Source: Chloroflexota bacterium (GTDB lineage: Bacteria; Chloroflexota; UBA11872; VXOZ01). Taken from it: a stretch of DNA of 64,000 bases. Below are positions 40,668 to 51,357 of the stretch, piece after piece; the first letter of the stretch is position 1; each line of letters starts with the position of its first letter. Position numbers and translations under genes: made by a program. The stretch is from contig JAPOQA010000031.1 in NCBI GenBank assembly GCA_026710945.1, forward strand, positions 50,611 to 114,610. The letters are read 5' to 3'. The notes beneath the pieces are model-generated. The model had not been told where the DNA came from, did not search any database, and saw nothing but the letters and a program-made list of their open reading frames with translations.

Positions 40668-41564
40668 ATGCCACAGGCGCTCTACGAAGAAGTGCAGTGC
40701 AAGACTGCGCTCACGCGCGTACGAGGCATGGCTTTCGGCTGGAGTCTCAATCCCTACCGGGGATGTACCCATGGCTGCCACTACTGCTTCGCTCGCAGCA
40801 CACACTTTTTCTATGATCTCAATGCTGATGAAGAGTTTTCTTCAATAGTCTTCGTCAAAGCGAATATAGCGGATGTGCTGCGCCTGGAACTCTCCGCACC
40901 AAGCTGGCGGCGTCACCGCGTCGTTATCGGTACGGCTACTGATCCGTACCAGCCGATCGAAGGCAAGTACCGGTTGACTCACGACGCATTGGAAGCCTTC
41001 CTCGCCTTCCGCACGCCGGTGTCCATCATTACTAAGTCCTCGCTTGTCGTCCGTGACGCGGATATTCTCGCTGAATTAGCGATGAGTCTGGGGTGTACGG
41101 TGAATTTCAGCATTACGACATTGGAGCGGACACTGTGGCGAGAACTTGAACCCGGCACGGCGCCGCCGGAACAGCGGCTACGTGCAATGCAGCGGCTCGC
41201 GGCACTCGGTGTCCACACCGGCGTTCTGCTTGCCCCCATCATACCGGGCCTCACAGCAACAAAAGAGAACCTGGAGTCCGTTGCCCGCGCGGCCGCAGAA
41301 CACAACGCCTGCTTTCTGGCGGCGAACGTGCTCAACCTAGGTGTCGGCGTCAAGGAGCACTTCTTGCAGTATCTTCGGACCGAACACCCGGGGCTCCTCG
41401 GCACCTATCGACAGCTCTATCCCGGTCGCTATGCGGCTGATCGCTATACCGAACCGCTATACGATTATGTCACCCTACTGCAACAGCGCTACGCGCTAGA
41501 CAAGCGAGAACTCACCCACTCTCCAAGACCGGAACCTGAGCAGTTACCCCTCGGCATAATGTAA
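40668..41564 (+). CDS. radical SAM protein, spore-photoproduct-lyase-like / Rv2578c-type 'DNA repair photolyase' family
   Basis: 298 aa; CxxxCxxC motif NPYRGCTHGCHYCFA near the N-terminus; divergent from mutY. Confidence 0.7.
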   Translation: MPQALYEEVQCKTALTRVRGMAFGWSLNPYRGCTHGCHYCFARSTHFFYDLNADEEFSSIVFVKANIADVLRLELSAPSWRRHRVVIGTATDPYQPIEGKYRLTHDALEAFLAFRTPVSIITKSSLVVRDADILAELAMSLGCTVNFSITTLERTLWRELEPGTAPPEQRLRAMQRLAALGVHTGVLLAPIIPGLTATKENLESVARAAAEHNACFLAANVLNLGVGVKEHFLQYLRTEHPGLLGTYRQLYPGRYAADRYTEPLYDYVTLLQQRYALDKRELTHSPRPEPEQLPLGIM

Positions 41565-42167
41565 GCTCTTCGCGATAGTCGATCGCACTCGGCTAGTCAA
41601 GTGTTGCATTCTGGAGTAGCAATTGCCGGTTTAGAGACTTAAGAGTCTTGTGCACGCAAACATCCTTCGCCGGCCTTGCTCTTTTCTTTGAAAACCCAGT
41701 GAAGCCTGCACCGGAGCTAGTGCTGGTGAATTCGGTATCGGATAGTCGTCAATCCTAATACTGACAACTCGGCACATACGGCGCCATCTAGGTTCATGAT
41801 TTGTGTGCAAACAGTTTACGCAGTTTGGAGGCGCTAACATGAGTTAGCATGGCGATCTTGACAATCACGCAAGCCAACTGAATCCGAACAACGACGCCTA
41901 CAGGGATCAGCGCGCGTGGCTCGACCATCTAGACGGTTGGGAACATCAGCTAGAAAACGAATTCACACGTTTGGATGCAGATGATGTAAGCAATAGGAGC
42001 AGCCTCAGCAGCTATCGAGGGCCAATCAAAGCTTGTACCACTTGGCCGGAACTGATATAATTCTTCTATCCTTCCCTTTGTACTCTTGTTCCCTCATACG
42101 TTCGATCTGAGACCTTTGATTCCTGTTTTCCGTCCCTCAGACCCAATGATGAAAGAAGCATCCATCC

Positions 42168-43130
42168 TTGAAAGGTCGAGACCTCCTTACGCTCGCTGAC
42201 CTCTCAGCATCTGAAATTCACCAGATACTTGACACCGCAAAGTCTCTGAAGTCTGCCAAGCACGCGCAGGCGGGCTCCGTACCCGCAGCCGACGATCGTC
42301 CGCTCGTGGGACATACGCTCGCCATGATCTTTGAAAAACCCTCCCTGCGCACACGCGCCACCTTTGCCATTGGTATGCAGCAGTTGGGTGGACAAGTAGT
42401 GGACCTGGCCGCCGAGCATCTGCAAATGGGCGTGCGCGAGACCGTTCCGGACGTTGCCCAGAATTTGGAACGCTGGGTAGACGTCATCATGGCGCGGGTA
42501 TTTGCGCATTCCACGCTGGAGGTCCTGGCAGAGCATGCCAGCATCCCTATTATCAACGGTCTTTCCGATTACACACACCCCTGCCAGATACTGGCTGATG
42601 TCCTCACGATGCAAGAGCACAAAGGGGAACTTTCCTCACGCAAGATCGCCTATATTGGCGACGGCTACAATGTTGCCAACTCCCTTCTCTTCGGCGCCGG
42701 CAAACTTGGCTATCACCTTGCGGTCGGATGCCCGGAGGGCTATTTGCCTCCAGACGACATCATTGCGCGAGCTCACGGCCTTGCCAAACAGTCGGGCGCG
42801 ACACTGGAACTCTGTTCTGATCCGATAGCTGCGGTAAGAGACGCTGACGTTCTCTACACAGATTCCTGGGTGAGCATGGGATTGGAGGCGGAGGCAGCCG
42901 AGCGCGAACGTGTCTTTCCACCATTTCAGGTGAACACAGAACTGCTTAGTTATGCACGATCGGACGCAATCGTAATGCACTGCCTTCCAGCGCACCGCGG
43001 CATGGAAATCACTGATGAAGTGATGGACGGGCCCCAATCGGTGGTGTTCGATCAGGCAGAGAATCGGCTCCACGCCCAGAAGGCGGTGTTACTGGAGCTC
43101 TTAGTCGGTGGGGTCCCTCAGTCTCACTGA
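42168..43130 (+). CDS. argF: ornithine carbamoyltransferase
   Basis: 320 aa; TTG start in the ORF track; carbamoyl-phosphate motif SLRTR, HPCQ, HCLP. Confidence 0.85.
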   Translation: MKGRDLLTLADLSASEIHQILDTAKSLKSAKHAQAGSVPAADDRPLVGHTLAMIFEKPSLRTRATFAIGMQQLGGQVVDLAAEHLQMGVRETVPDVAQNLERWVDVIMARVFAHSTLEVLAEHASIPIINGLSDYTHPCQILADVLTMQEHKGELSSRKIAYIGDGYNVANSLLFGAGKLGYHLAVGCPEGYLPPDDIIARAHGLAKQSGATLELCSDPIAAVRDADVLYTDSWVSMGLEAEAAERERVFPPFQVNTELLSYARSDAIVMHCLPAHRGMEITDEVMDGPQSVVFDQAENRLHAQKAVLLELLVGGVPQSH

Positions 43131-43216
43131 GTGCCGTCTCCAGGCACCGCGGCCGACACTACTCCCAAGGGGCAGAGGGATCACATAAGATAGAGGCCCA
43201 GTCTTAGAGGTGACGC

Positions 43217-44074
43217 GTGGTAGAAGACCTTCTTTGGCTCCAATCTCGCTTAGACATTAGTGCGGCGTTCGACATCCTTCTCGTCGCCGTCATCATTCAC
43301 ATCGTCTTTACGATCGTTCGCGGGACAATCGCGGACCAGTTGGTGCGCGGAATCGTCGTTCTGCTCGTCATTGCCTTCATCATAGGCAATATCCTACAAC
43401 TGCTGGTATTCGATTGGCTCTTGCGAAGCATGTTATCCGCACTTGTCATAGCGATTCCCATCATTTTTCAGCCGGAGCTCCGCCGATTCTTGGAGCGAGT
43501 CGGTCGACGAGGCACCCACCCGCTCGCTCGCTACATTCCCAATAGTGAAGACGTCTCCACCGCCCTCGACGTGCTTTCTCGTGTAGCAGGTCGGCTCTCT
43601 GAGAAGCGCTGGGGCGGCCTCATCGCGATTGAACGCGATACCGGCTTGGAGGACCTGGTAGAGACAGGCCACCGCATCGAAGGCGAGGTAAGCGAAGATC
43701 TGTTGTTGACGATTTTCTATCCGAACTCGGCACTGCACGACAAAGCCGTCATCATTCGCGGCGATCGCATTGTGGCGGCATCTTGCATGCTGCCTCTCTC
43801 AGAGAACGTGCCGCAAGGAGAAGGGCTAGGCACACGCCATGCGGCAGCTATTGGCGTAAGCGAAGTGACCGACGCCATCGCCATTGCCGTCTCAGAGGAG
43901 AGCGGCGTAATTTCGGTGGCCCACGGCGGCACGCTCCTGCGGAACTTAGACGAGGAAAAGCTGCAAACATACCTCCAAGGTCTCTTTCGCGAGGAGCGAA
44001 GTGCGACGACACTGCCATGGCTGCCGTTCCGCTCCCTGTCGCGAAGCCAACGCGAGCGCAAAGTCCTAAAGTAA
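43217..44074 (+). CDS. cdaA: diadenylate cyclase (c-di-AMP synthase) CdaA, with N-terminal TM helices and a DAC domain
   Basis: 285 aa; GTG start; three N-terminal TM helices; DAC motifs GALI (GGLIAIER), DGA-like, RHRAA-like (GTRHAAAIG). Confidence 0.85.
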   Translation: MVEDLLWLQSRLDISAAFDILLVAVIIHIVFTIVRGTIADQLVRGIVVLLVIAFIIGNILQLLVFDWLLRSMLSALVIAIPIIFQPELRRFLERVGRRGTHPLARYIPNSEDVSTALDVLSRVAGRLSEKRWGGLIAIERDTGLEDLVETGHRIEGEVSEDLLLTIFYPNSALHDKAVIIRGDRIVAASCMLPLSENVPQGEGLGTRHAAAIGVSEVTDAIAIAVSEESGVISVAHGGTLLRNLDEEKLQTYLQGLFREERSATTLPWLPFRSLSRSQRERKVLK

Positions 44075-44083
44075 CCATTACGC

Positions 44084-45427
44084 ATGACCAGAATACGCTC
44101 TCTCTTGCCCCTCCTAGTTCGCTTCACTACCCACACTCTAGGTGTGCGGTTTCTGCTTGCCTTGGCGATCTCAATTACATTGTGGATCTTGTTCACCGGA
44201 GAGCAGAATCCCGTGCGTGAGGGCTTCTTTAGCGCGGAGATCCCAGTTGAAACAAGCCGCCTAGGCGATGGCTTGGTAGTGAGCCGTACCGCGCCGAGCA
44301 CGGTACGCTTGCGCATAGCAGCCCCGCGTGACATTTGGGAGTCCCTGACCGCCGACAAGTTCAGCGCCGTGGTGGATCTCTTTGCGGTTGGTGTCGGCCT
44401 GCACGAGATACCTATCGAAGTTGCTAGTTCTGACGGACGCATTAGCATCATCGCAACTGACCCGGAGACCATAACGGTTTCATTAGAGGAGCGAAGAGAA
44501 AAAGAGGTGCCGGTGCGCGTAGACCTCGTGGGTGACCCACCGGAGGGCTACAGATTTCAACTCCCAGAGTTGCTGCCAGACCTCGTTAGCATAATAGGAC
44601 CGTCCTCTCGGGTGGACTTAGTCGATGCGGTTTGGGTCAGTGTGGAGATGGATGAAGTGCGCAGTACCGTCAATCTCACAAAGCGAGCAATACCGCGCGA
44701 CGCCCAAGGAGAAGACGTAACCGGAGTGCAGCTTGATCCACCTGTGGTTCAGGTGACGGTACCGGTAGAGCTAGCAATAACAAACAAAGACGTCCCCGTT
44801 CGTGTCAATATTGTGGGCCAGCCTGCGCCAGGCTACTTGCTCTCACGCTATCTCACCACACCGGCCACGGCGACACTCATTGGCTCGCCTGAAGTGCTTA
44901 ATGGCCTGCTCTATCTGTCTACCGAGACCATTAGCGTCGAGGGAGCCACAGGAACGGTTACACAAACACTTGAGTTGGTGCAACCGCCGGGTGTAGCAGT
45001 CGCAGGCTCCAATGAAGTAGTGGTCACCATATATGTTGTGCCTATTGTGGCAAGCGTGCAGACCCAGGTCGCCGTAACCGCCTTGAATCTGCGGCCAGGT
45101 TTGGAAATAGAGGTGTTCCCTCCCACTGCGTCGGTAACGCTCGGCGGTCTGGCGCCCTTGCTCCGAGAACTTCAGCACGGCAGCGTGATCGTGTCTTTGA
45201 ACCTCAGTGGTCTGGGCCCCGGCTCCTACGCGTTGTCGCCTGACACGAACGCGCCCACCGATGTGAAGGTTGAGAGTATCAATCCATCGCAATTTATCGT
45301 GGTCGTGCGTGACCAGACGACGTCTGCACCAGCCCCAGTGCCTGCTGAATCTCCAACTCCGACAGAAGAGCCGCCGCCTGCTACGCCGACACCGGCCCCT
45401 GATGCGTCCGCCACTTTGCGCCGCTGA
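44084..45427 (+). CDS. cdaR: CdaA regulatory protein CdaR (YbbR-like repeat protein)
   Basis: 447 aa; N-terminal TM helix followed by four YbbR-like repeats; Pro-rich C-terminal tail; 9 nt downstream of cdaA. Confidence 0.8.
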   Translation: MTRIRSLLPLLVRFTTHTLGVRFLLALAISITLWILFTGEQNPVREGFFSAEIPVETSRLGDGLVVSRTAPSTVRLRIAAPRDIWESLTADKFSAVVDLFAVGVGLHEIPIEVASSDGRISIIATDPETITVSLEERREKEVPVRVDLVGDPPEGYRFQLPELLPDLVSIIGPSSRVDLVDAVWVSVEMDEVRSTVNLTKRAIPRDAQGEDVTGVQLDPPVVQVTVPVELAITNKDVPVRVNIVGQPAPGYLLSRYLTTPATATLIGSPEVLNGLLYLSTETISVEGATGTVTQTLELVQPPGVAVAGSNEVVVTIYVVPIVASVQTQVAVTALNLRPGLEIEVFPPTASVTLGGLAPLLRELQHGSVIVSLNLSGLGPGSYALSPDTNAPTDVKVESINPSQFIVVVRDQTTSAPAPVPAESPTPTEEPPPATPTPAPDASATLRR

Positions 45428-45724
45428 CGTTGGGATGCCGGCCCACACTGCGCATCACGATGCGCGGACTCTTCGCAAGACAGAGCGCTTGTCACACGTC
45501 GCGACACGTTTTTCTCTCTTGGTCGTTTCCTGCTATAGGGCAGTCTATCGTCTCCATTTCGAGGCTTGAATCCCTCGGGCCATCTTTGGGTGAGTGCCGC
45601 AGGATGCTATACTGAACGGACGCTTGGAGAGAGGCAAGACGGTTGTTTCTTGCGCCCCTCCTTGTATGGTTTTCCATGGCTTCCCCTGCCTGAACTACGT
45701 ACCTTAGAGAGATAAGCCGACATC

Positions 45725-47200
45725 GTGGTCAAGTGGTCGTACACGCCCCGCGTGCAAATTGTCGGGCGGGCGGCAAGAAGCCCTGAAGCTATCACGGCCG
45801 GCATGGCGCGCATCAGTCGTGACCCGACGCCTGTGCCCCAACTCATCAAAGAAGCGCGCGACAACACAGCCATGGCCCGTCTGCGCAACCAGCGAGTTGT
45901 GTACGAATACGGGCACAATAGCGTCGCGGAACATGGTTGTTTCAGCGCCGCCATTTGGGACATCCCCCGTCTGCTTTCGCTGGAAATCGTGCAGCACCGG
46001 CTGGCGGCGTACACGCAGCACAGCGGACGGTATATCCCCTTTGAGGAAGTGCCGCGCCAATTCTATTTGCCTAGGGAATACCGTCGCGGCAAGTCGCGGC
46101 GCCTCTTCGAACAGGCAGTAGCCCAGAGCTACACAGCCTATCGCAAGCTCTATGCCGGCTGCACCGCCTATCTTCTGGAAAAGTATCCCCGCATGCGCGC
46201 TTCCTCGGCTGAACGCCGTGCCACGGAGGACGCGCGCTACGTCTTGCCCCTGGCGCAGACAACCCAAGTGGGGGTAACGACGAACGCGCGTGAATTCGCC
46301 CTTATGATCACGCGGCTGCTCTCATCACCGCTCCCTGAATTCCGTGAAACCGGTGAGAAGCTCTTTGCCAGCCTCCATCCGATTGCACCCTCGCTCTTTC
46401 CGGAAAAGTATATCCGTGCACTGCCTTACCCTCAGAGTGGACGCGATGCCATTCGGAAAGCGGCAGCGGCGCTTGGCATTGCCCCGGCGCCGAATGTCCG
46501 CAATTCTCCCAGGGCCGACCGGCCCGCACAACCGACAGCCAAAGACCCGGTGCGGCTCGTAGGCTATGATCCGGACGGTGAGCGGCACGTAGCCGCGGCG
46601 CTGTTGTTTCACAATTCACAAACGACTCTTGCCGACGCGCAGCAGGCGATAGCACGCCTTGATGCCGACCAAGTGGGCCAATTCATCCGGTCTGCCTACC
46701 GCGGACTGCATGCCCACGACACTGTGCTACGCGAATTCGAATTCCTTCGCTACCAGTTTGAATTGGTGATGTCGGAAGCCGCGTATCACCAGTTCATTCG
46801 CCACCGCATGAAAACTGAGATCTCTCAGTCCCACAGCCCCACGCATGGGCGCACGCTTCCGCCGCTTATTCGGAATGCCGGCTTTGCAGACGAGTACAAT
46901 CGCACGCTCGATCTCTTGGAAGAGACGTACCACGCTCTTGGCGCCGACAAGCGTGCTGAAATCGTACTTGCCAACGGGCACAACCTCCGCATCCTGGCAG
47001 ACCTCAACGCGCGCGAAGTCGTGGAAATATCCCGTATTCGCAGCGACCGCCACGCGCAGTGGGACATTCGCAACATCTCCGATGCGATTGCCGCCGCCGT
47101 GTCGCGCGTTCATCCGCACGTGGGATTGGCTTGCGGCGGGCGTGACTCATTCAAGGACGGTACTGCCGCCGTACTGCCGGATACTTCCATCTTGACGTAG
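45725..47200 (+). CDS. tandem-duplicated flavin-dependent thymidylate synthase (ThyX-ThyX fusion) with complementary motif degeneration
   Basis: 491 aa; GTG start; the N-half has EYGHNSVAEHGCFSAAIWDIP...QHRLAAYTQHSGRY...ARYVLPLAQTT; the C-half has FEFLRY...IRHRMKTEISQS...RSDRHAQWDI; each half aligns to a full-length canonical ThyX. Confidence 0.65.
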   Translation: MVKWSYTPRVQIVGRAARSPEAITAGMARISRDPTPVPQLIKEARDNTAMARLRNQRVVYEYGHNSVAEHGCFSAAIWDIPRLLSLEIVQHRLAAYTQHSGRYIPFEEVPRQFYLPREYRRGKSRRLFEQAVAQSYTAYRKLYAGCTAYLLEKYPRMRASSAERRATEDARYVLPLAQTTQVGVTTNAREFALMITRLLSSPLPEFRETGEKLFASLHPIAPSLFPEKYIRALPYPQSGRDAIRKAAAALGIAPAPNVRNSPRADRPAQPTAKDPVRLVGYDPDGERHVAAALLFHNSQTTLADAQQAIARLDADQVGQFIRSAYRGLHAHDTVLREFEFLRYQFELVMSEAAYHQFIRHRMKTEISQSHSPTHGRTLPPLIRNAGFADEYNRTLDLLEETYHALGADKRAEIVLANGHNLRILADLNAREVVEISRIRSDRHAQWDIRNISDAIAAAVSRVHPHVGLACGGRDSFKDGTAAVLPDTSILT

Positions 47201-47289
47201 GAATTGCGCCAACCTCGAAGTCAGCGTGCCCGCTTTCAAGCCTGAAGGCTAACCGGCCTTCCGCGCGTGCTCTTCGTTCCTTCCAATTG

Positions 47290-47319
47290 GGCTTCACTAC
47301 GGAAATTGCCTATAATGGA
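47290..47319 (+). promoter_or_regulatory. candidate recA promoter (TTGGGC, 18-nt spacer, TATAAT)
   Basis: A perfect -10 hexamer TATAAT lies ~70 nt upstream of the recA ATG; AAGGAG RBS 14 nt upstream of the start. Confidence 0.35.
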
Positions 47320-47387
47320 GAATGCTGAATTTAACTTACACGATAGAATAATCGGAATCCCACAGATCAAGGAGTGGGTGCATTACC

Positions 47388-48473
47388 ATGGCTAGGCGAA
47401 CGAAGACTACTGAAGAAAATGGCGTGGAGGGACGTACCCAGGCTCTGCAGGCCGCGATCAGCCAGATTGAGCGTCGTTACGGCAAAGGCTCGATCATGCG
47501 CATGGGCGAAGAGGCAGGTGTGCCTGTTGCTGTCGTTCCTACCGGCTCACTATCGCTGGACCTGGCGCTGGGAGTAGGCGGCTTGCCCCGGGGCCGCGTC
47601 GTCGAGATTTACGGCAATGAGGGCAGCGGCAAGACTACCCTGGCCCAGCACGTCGTGGCTGAAGCGCAGAAACTCGGTGGCACTGCTGCTTTTGTGGATG
47701 CCGAGCACGCGTTCGATCCCACCTATGCCGCTAAGTGCGGCGTTGGCATTGAAGAGCTACTTGTTTCCCAGCCGGACAATGGCGAACAAGCTTTGGAAAT
47801 CGCCGAGATGCTGGTGCGCAGCAATGCCGTCGATGTAATAGTGGTCGACTCTGTAGCGGCCTTGGTACCGAAAGCCGAAATAGAAGGCGAAATGGGCGAC
47901 GCCCACATGGGCTTGCAAGCGCGGCTGATGTCCCAGGCGCTCCGCAAGCTTACGGCCGCAATCAGCCGTTCGCGCACAGTGGTCATCTTCATCAATCAAG
48001 TGCGCGAGAAGATCGGCGTGATGTTCGGCAACCCGGAGACCACGCCGGGAGGGCGCGCGCTCCGCTTCTACTCGTCGGTGCGCGTAGACGTTCGTCGTGT
48101 TGACTACGTGAAGAGCGGACAGGAGCAGGTAGGCATCCGCGTGCGCGCCAAGGTCGTGAAAAACAAGGTGGCGCCGCCGTTCCGAACGTGCGAATTCGAC
48201 ATTTTGTTCGACGAAGGGATTTCCAAGCTGGGCGATCTCATCGACCTCTCGACCGAGTATGGCATCGTGCGCAAGGCAGGGGCGCACTACTCGCATGGTG
48301 ACACGCGCCTCGGCCTCGGGCGTGAAAACGTCCGCAATTTCCTCAAAGAGAATACCGACATCGCAGAAGCAATTGAACTGGCAGTGCGCACACAAGCACA
48401 GGCATCCCTCGCCGACACTCCCGCGGACGAGGTTGTCGAGGCGATGGCAGACACCGAGACTGCAGCGCAATGA
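47388..48473 (+). CDS. recA: recombinase RecA
   Basis: 361 aa; Walker [10 protein letters not shown]; L1/L2 loops; typical RecA N-terminus ([22 protein letters not shown]). Confidence 0.95.
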   Translation: MARRTKTTEENGVEGRTQALQAAISQIERRYGKGSIMRMGEEAGVPVAVVPTGSLSLDLALGVGGLPRGRVVEIYGNEGSGKTTLAQHVVAEAQKLGGTAAFVDAEHAFDPTYAAKCGVGIEELLVSQPDNGEQALEIAEMLVRSNAVDVIVVDSVAALVPKAEIEGEMGDAHMGLQARLMSQALRKLTAAISRSRTVVIFINQVREKIGVMFGNPETTPGGRALRFYSSVRVDVRRVDYVKSGQEQVGIRVRAKVVKNKVAPPFRTCEFDILFDEGISKLGDLIDLSTEYGIVRKAGAHYSHGDTRLGLGRENVRNFLKENTDIAEAIELAVRTQAQASLADTPADEVVEAMADTETAAQ

Positions 48474-49855
48474 ACCGACGCTTTTACATTACCCTGGCAT
48501 TCATTGTCGTATTCGTCTCGCTGGCAAGCTATGTCAATTGGCCCGGCAATCCAGGTCTCAACCTCGGTATCGGCAATTCGCGCCTTGTGCGCGACCTCCG
48601 CTATCACTTAGGCCTCGACCTGCAGGGCGGTCTCCATGTAGTGTTGCGAGCCACTCCCGCGGAAGATCAGAACATCACGTCCGACCACATGGAAGCCACA
48701 CGGGGTATCATTGCCGAACGCGTGAATGCCTTGGGTGTCTCGGAGCCCATCGTGCAATTGGAGGGCACCGACCGCATCATCGTCGAACTACCCGGCGTAG
48801 CTAACCCGGATGAAGCCATCGCACTCTTCCGCGAAACCGGCGAACTTGCCTTCGTTGACCTTGGCAGAAGTTCAGTCCCACCCATTCAGGTAGGCGGGCT
48901 CGTTGAAGGTGAGCAGTATCGGAGGCTCTTCACCGGGGCTATGGTTGAGTCTGCGGAAGTCGGCTTCGATGAGCGCAGCCTGCCGCAGATCAACTTTGAA
49001 CTCAAAGATGAAGGCGCGGTAATCTTCGAAGAGTTTACGTCTCAAAACGTCTGTGTACGCTCAGGCGGCTCACCGTGCACCTGGCTGGGCATTACGCTCG
49101 ACAACTACCTAATCTCTGCTGCTACGATCTCGAGTACCATCTCAAACCGCGGTCGCATTACGGGGAACTTCACCCTGGAAGAAGCGCGTGATATTGTCAT
49201 CAAACTGAAGTACGGCGCCCTGCCGGTACCGCTGGAAATAGCACAGAACCGAACCGTTGGCCCTACGTTGGGCCAAGACTCGGTTGACCGCAGCCTCCGG
49301 GCCGGAATTATCGGCTTGGCGCTTGTTGCCACCTTCATGTTGATCTACTATCGTATGCCCGGCCTGGTAGCAGTTGTCGCCCTGCTGATCTACGCGCTCT
49401 TAGTGCTTGGTATCTTCCGGCTGTGGCCGGTCGTGCTCACGCTCGCAGGTATCGCCGGATTCATCCTCTCCGTTGGTATGGCTGTGGATGCCAATATCCT
49501 GATTTTCGAGCGTCTGAAGGAAGAGCTGCGCCGGGGCAGATCCTTGCGCTCCGCCCTTGACGTCGGCTTCGATCGTGCTTGGACGTCGATCCGAGACTCC
49601 AATATTTCCACGTTGATTACGTGCGCCGTGCTCTTCTATTTTGGTACGGGCATCGTGCGTGGTTTCGCCGTCACACTTGCGATCGGCGTAATCATAAGCA
49701 TGTTTACGGCGATTACGATAACGCGCACGTTTCTTTACGTCGTGGTACGCCTCCCGCAACTGCGCGACCATCCGTGGCTCTATGGTGTTGGTCAGGAAGA
49801 AGAGCCATCTCCCGAGCCTCGCCAAACACCGCCGCAGCAAGCAACGGAACCATAA
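48470..49855 (+). CDS. secD: protein translocase subunit SecD
   Basis: 461 aa; GLDLQGG motif; periplasmic domain followed by a 6-TM RND-like C-terminus; ATGA overlap with recA. Confidence 0.9.
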   Translation: MNRRFYITLAFIVVFVSLASYVNWPGNPGLNLGIGNSRLVRDLRYHLGLDLQGGLHVVLRATPAEDQNITSDHMEATRGIIAERVNALGVSEPIVQLEGTDRIIVELPGVANPDEAIALFRETGELAFVDLGRSSVPPIQVGGLVEGEQYRRLFTGAMVESAEVGFDERSLPQINFELKDEGAVIFEEFTSQNVCVRSGGSPCTWLGITLDNYLISAATISSTISNRGRITGNFTLEEARDIVIKLKYGALPVPLEIAQNRTVGPTLGQDSVDRSLRAGIIGLALVATFMLIYYRMPGLVAVVALLIYALLVLGIFRLWPVVLTLAGIAGFILSVGMAVDANILIFERLKEELRRGRSLRSALDVGFDRAWTSIRDSNISTLITCAVLFYFGTGIVRGFAVTLAIGVIISMFTAITITRTFLYVVVRLPQLRDHPWLYGVGQEEEPSPEPRQTPPQQATEP

Positions 49856-49869
49856 GTAGTGAATCCTCG

Positions 49870-51357
49870 ATGTCGCTAGAATCTCGCCCCATAGACTCTG
49901 TTCGTGGGATGCTGGACCTCGACTCCCAGCAGACCCACGTGCAAGCTCAACTGCGGCAATCTCTGCTCGATGCCTTCCAACTCGCAAGCTATGTCCCCAT
50001 CGAAGTGCCGCTGGTGGAGCAGGCTGATCTCTACTTGCGCAAGTCCGGCGCCGAGACAATCTCCAAGATGTACACCTTTGAAGACTTCGGCGGACGTCGC
50101 TTGGCGTTGCGCCCGGAACTCACCGCCTCAATCGTTCGCTACTACCTGGGAAACGATCAGAACTCCACTTTCCCGCTGCGATATGCCTACTCTGGGCCGG
50201 TGTTCCGCTACGAAAAACCGCAACGCGGGCGTTTTCGCCAGTTCTCGATGGCAGGCGTAGAGCTACTTGGTAGTGACGGGCCGTCCGCCGATGCCGAGGT
50301 GATAGCGTTAGCGTGTTGGACGCTCAAAAGACTTGGCATCGCACAATACCGGCTCGTTATCGGTCACGTTGGCATTCTCTTGGAATTACTTGGCAGCTTG
50401 GGACTTTCGACCCGTTTGCGGCACTTTCTCCTCGACAGCATGGAAGACGTGGGGAGGCCCGGGCGGGGCCTGGGCTACGTGCGCAAGCGCCTGGAAGAGA
50501 TCCACCCTAACCGGCGGGCCGCAGCAACGACACAAGAGTCCTTTACCGGCTCCGAGGAGCAGGCACAAGCCACGCTGCGCGCATCGTTGCAGGAGATGGG
50601 AATCGAGCTCGACGGCAGCCGACCGGCAGAGGCAATACTCGGCCGGATGTTTCGCAAACAACGCGCTTCCGATGAAGATGAGCGGCTGGAACGCGCATTT
50701 GAGTTTATCCAAGGCTTGCACGACCTTTCGGGAGCACCAGGGGAAGTGCTGGAACGCGCACGAAAGTTTCTGGAGTCATTTGGCTTAGGCGACCAGCCCC
50801 TTAGCCGCCTTACTGATGTGGTGGCGGCGCTCCATGCCTATGGCATTGAGGATTCTCACGTGCAAGTGCAACTCGCTCTCGGGCGCGGCCTCCATTACTA
50901 CACCGATGTGGTGTTCGAGCTGTACGACTCAACAGGCCAGAGCCAGTTGTGTGGCGGCGGCCGCTACAACGAACTTGTGCAATCCCTTGGCGGGCGCAAG
51001 TCCGTTCCGGCGGTGGGATTCGCGTTTGGCCTGGAGCGCCTCCGGCTGGCTTTGGACGAGCAAGGCGCTGCGCCGCCGGCTCCGCCGCCAACGCAGGTGC
51101 TTGTGGCTGCAGCCAGCACAGGCGCCACACACGCCAGCATGCAAACAGCGCAGCGGCTCCGGGAACAGGGCATCAGCGCGGAACACGACCTGCGGCAACG
51201 CGCCGAGCGTGCGCGCATTGGCTACGCCAATCGGAGGGGAATCCCTTTTGTCCTCTTAGTAGAGGACAAAAATGACACCGCAATCCTGCGTAATCTATCC
51301 GAAGCCACCGAACAAGCGCTTTCATTGGGTGAAGTGGTGCAGGTGCTCAATGGCTGA
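49870..51357 (+). CDS. histidine--tRNA ligase family protein (HisS, or HisZ-type regulatory paralog)
   Basis: ORF 49579..51357; start at ATG 49870 after the secD stop; class-II aaRS motif 2 (LRPELTASIVRYY, FRYEKPQRGRFRQF) and motif 3 (CGGGRYNELV); C-terminal anticodon-binding-like domain; stop overlaps the hisG start. Confidence 0.7.
   Translation: MSLESRPIDSVRGMLDLDSQQTHVQAQLRQSLLDAFQLASYVPIEVPLVEQADLYLRKSGAETISKMYTFEDFGGRRLALRPELTASIVRYYLGNDQNSTFPLRYAYSGPVFRYEKPQRGRFRQFSMAGVELLGSDGPSADAEVIALACWTLKRLGIAQYRLVIGHVGILLELLGSLGLSTRLRHFLLDSMEDVGRPGRGLGYVRKRLEEIHPNRRAAATTQESFTGSEEQAQATLRASLQEMGIELDGSRPAEAILGRMFRKQRASDEDERLERAFEFIQGLHDLSGAPGEVLERARKFLESFGLGDQPLSRLTDVVAALHAYGIEDSHVQVQLALGRGLHYYTDVVFELYDSTGQSQLCGGGRYNELVQSLGGRKSVPAVGFAFGLERLRLALDEQGAAPPAPPPTQVLVAAASTGATHASMQTAQRLREQGISAEHDLRQRAERARIGYANRRGIPFVLLVEDKNDTAILRNLSEATEQALSLGEVVQVLNG

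Noticed and set aside
45485-45520. Possible cdaR terminator (gtcacacgtcgcgacacg plus TTTTT)
   Set aside because: The stem is imperfect (only the gtcgcgac core is self-complementary); too weak to call confidently.
47320-47387. LexA/SOS box upstream of recA
   Set aside because: No CTGT-N8-ACAG or GAAC-N4-GTTC type palindrome found; only a weak cgatagaataatcg pseudo-palindrome.
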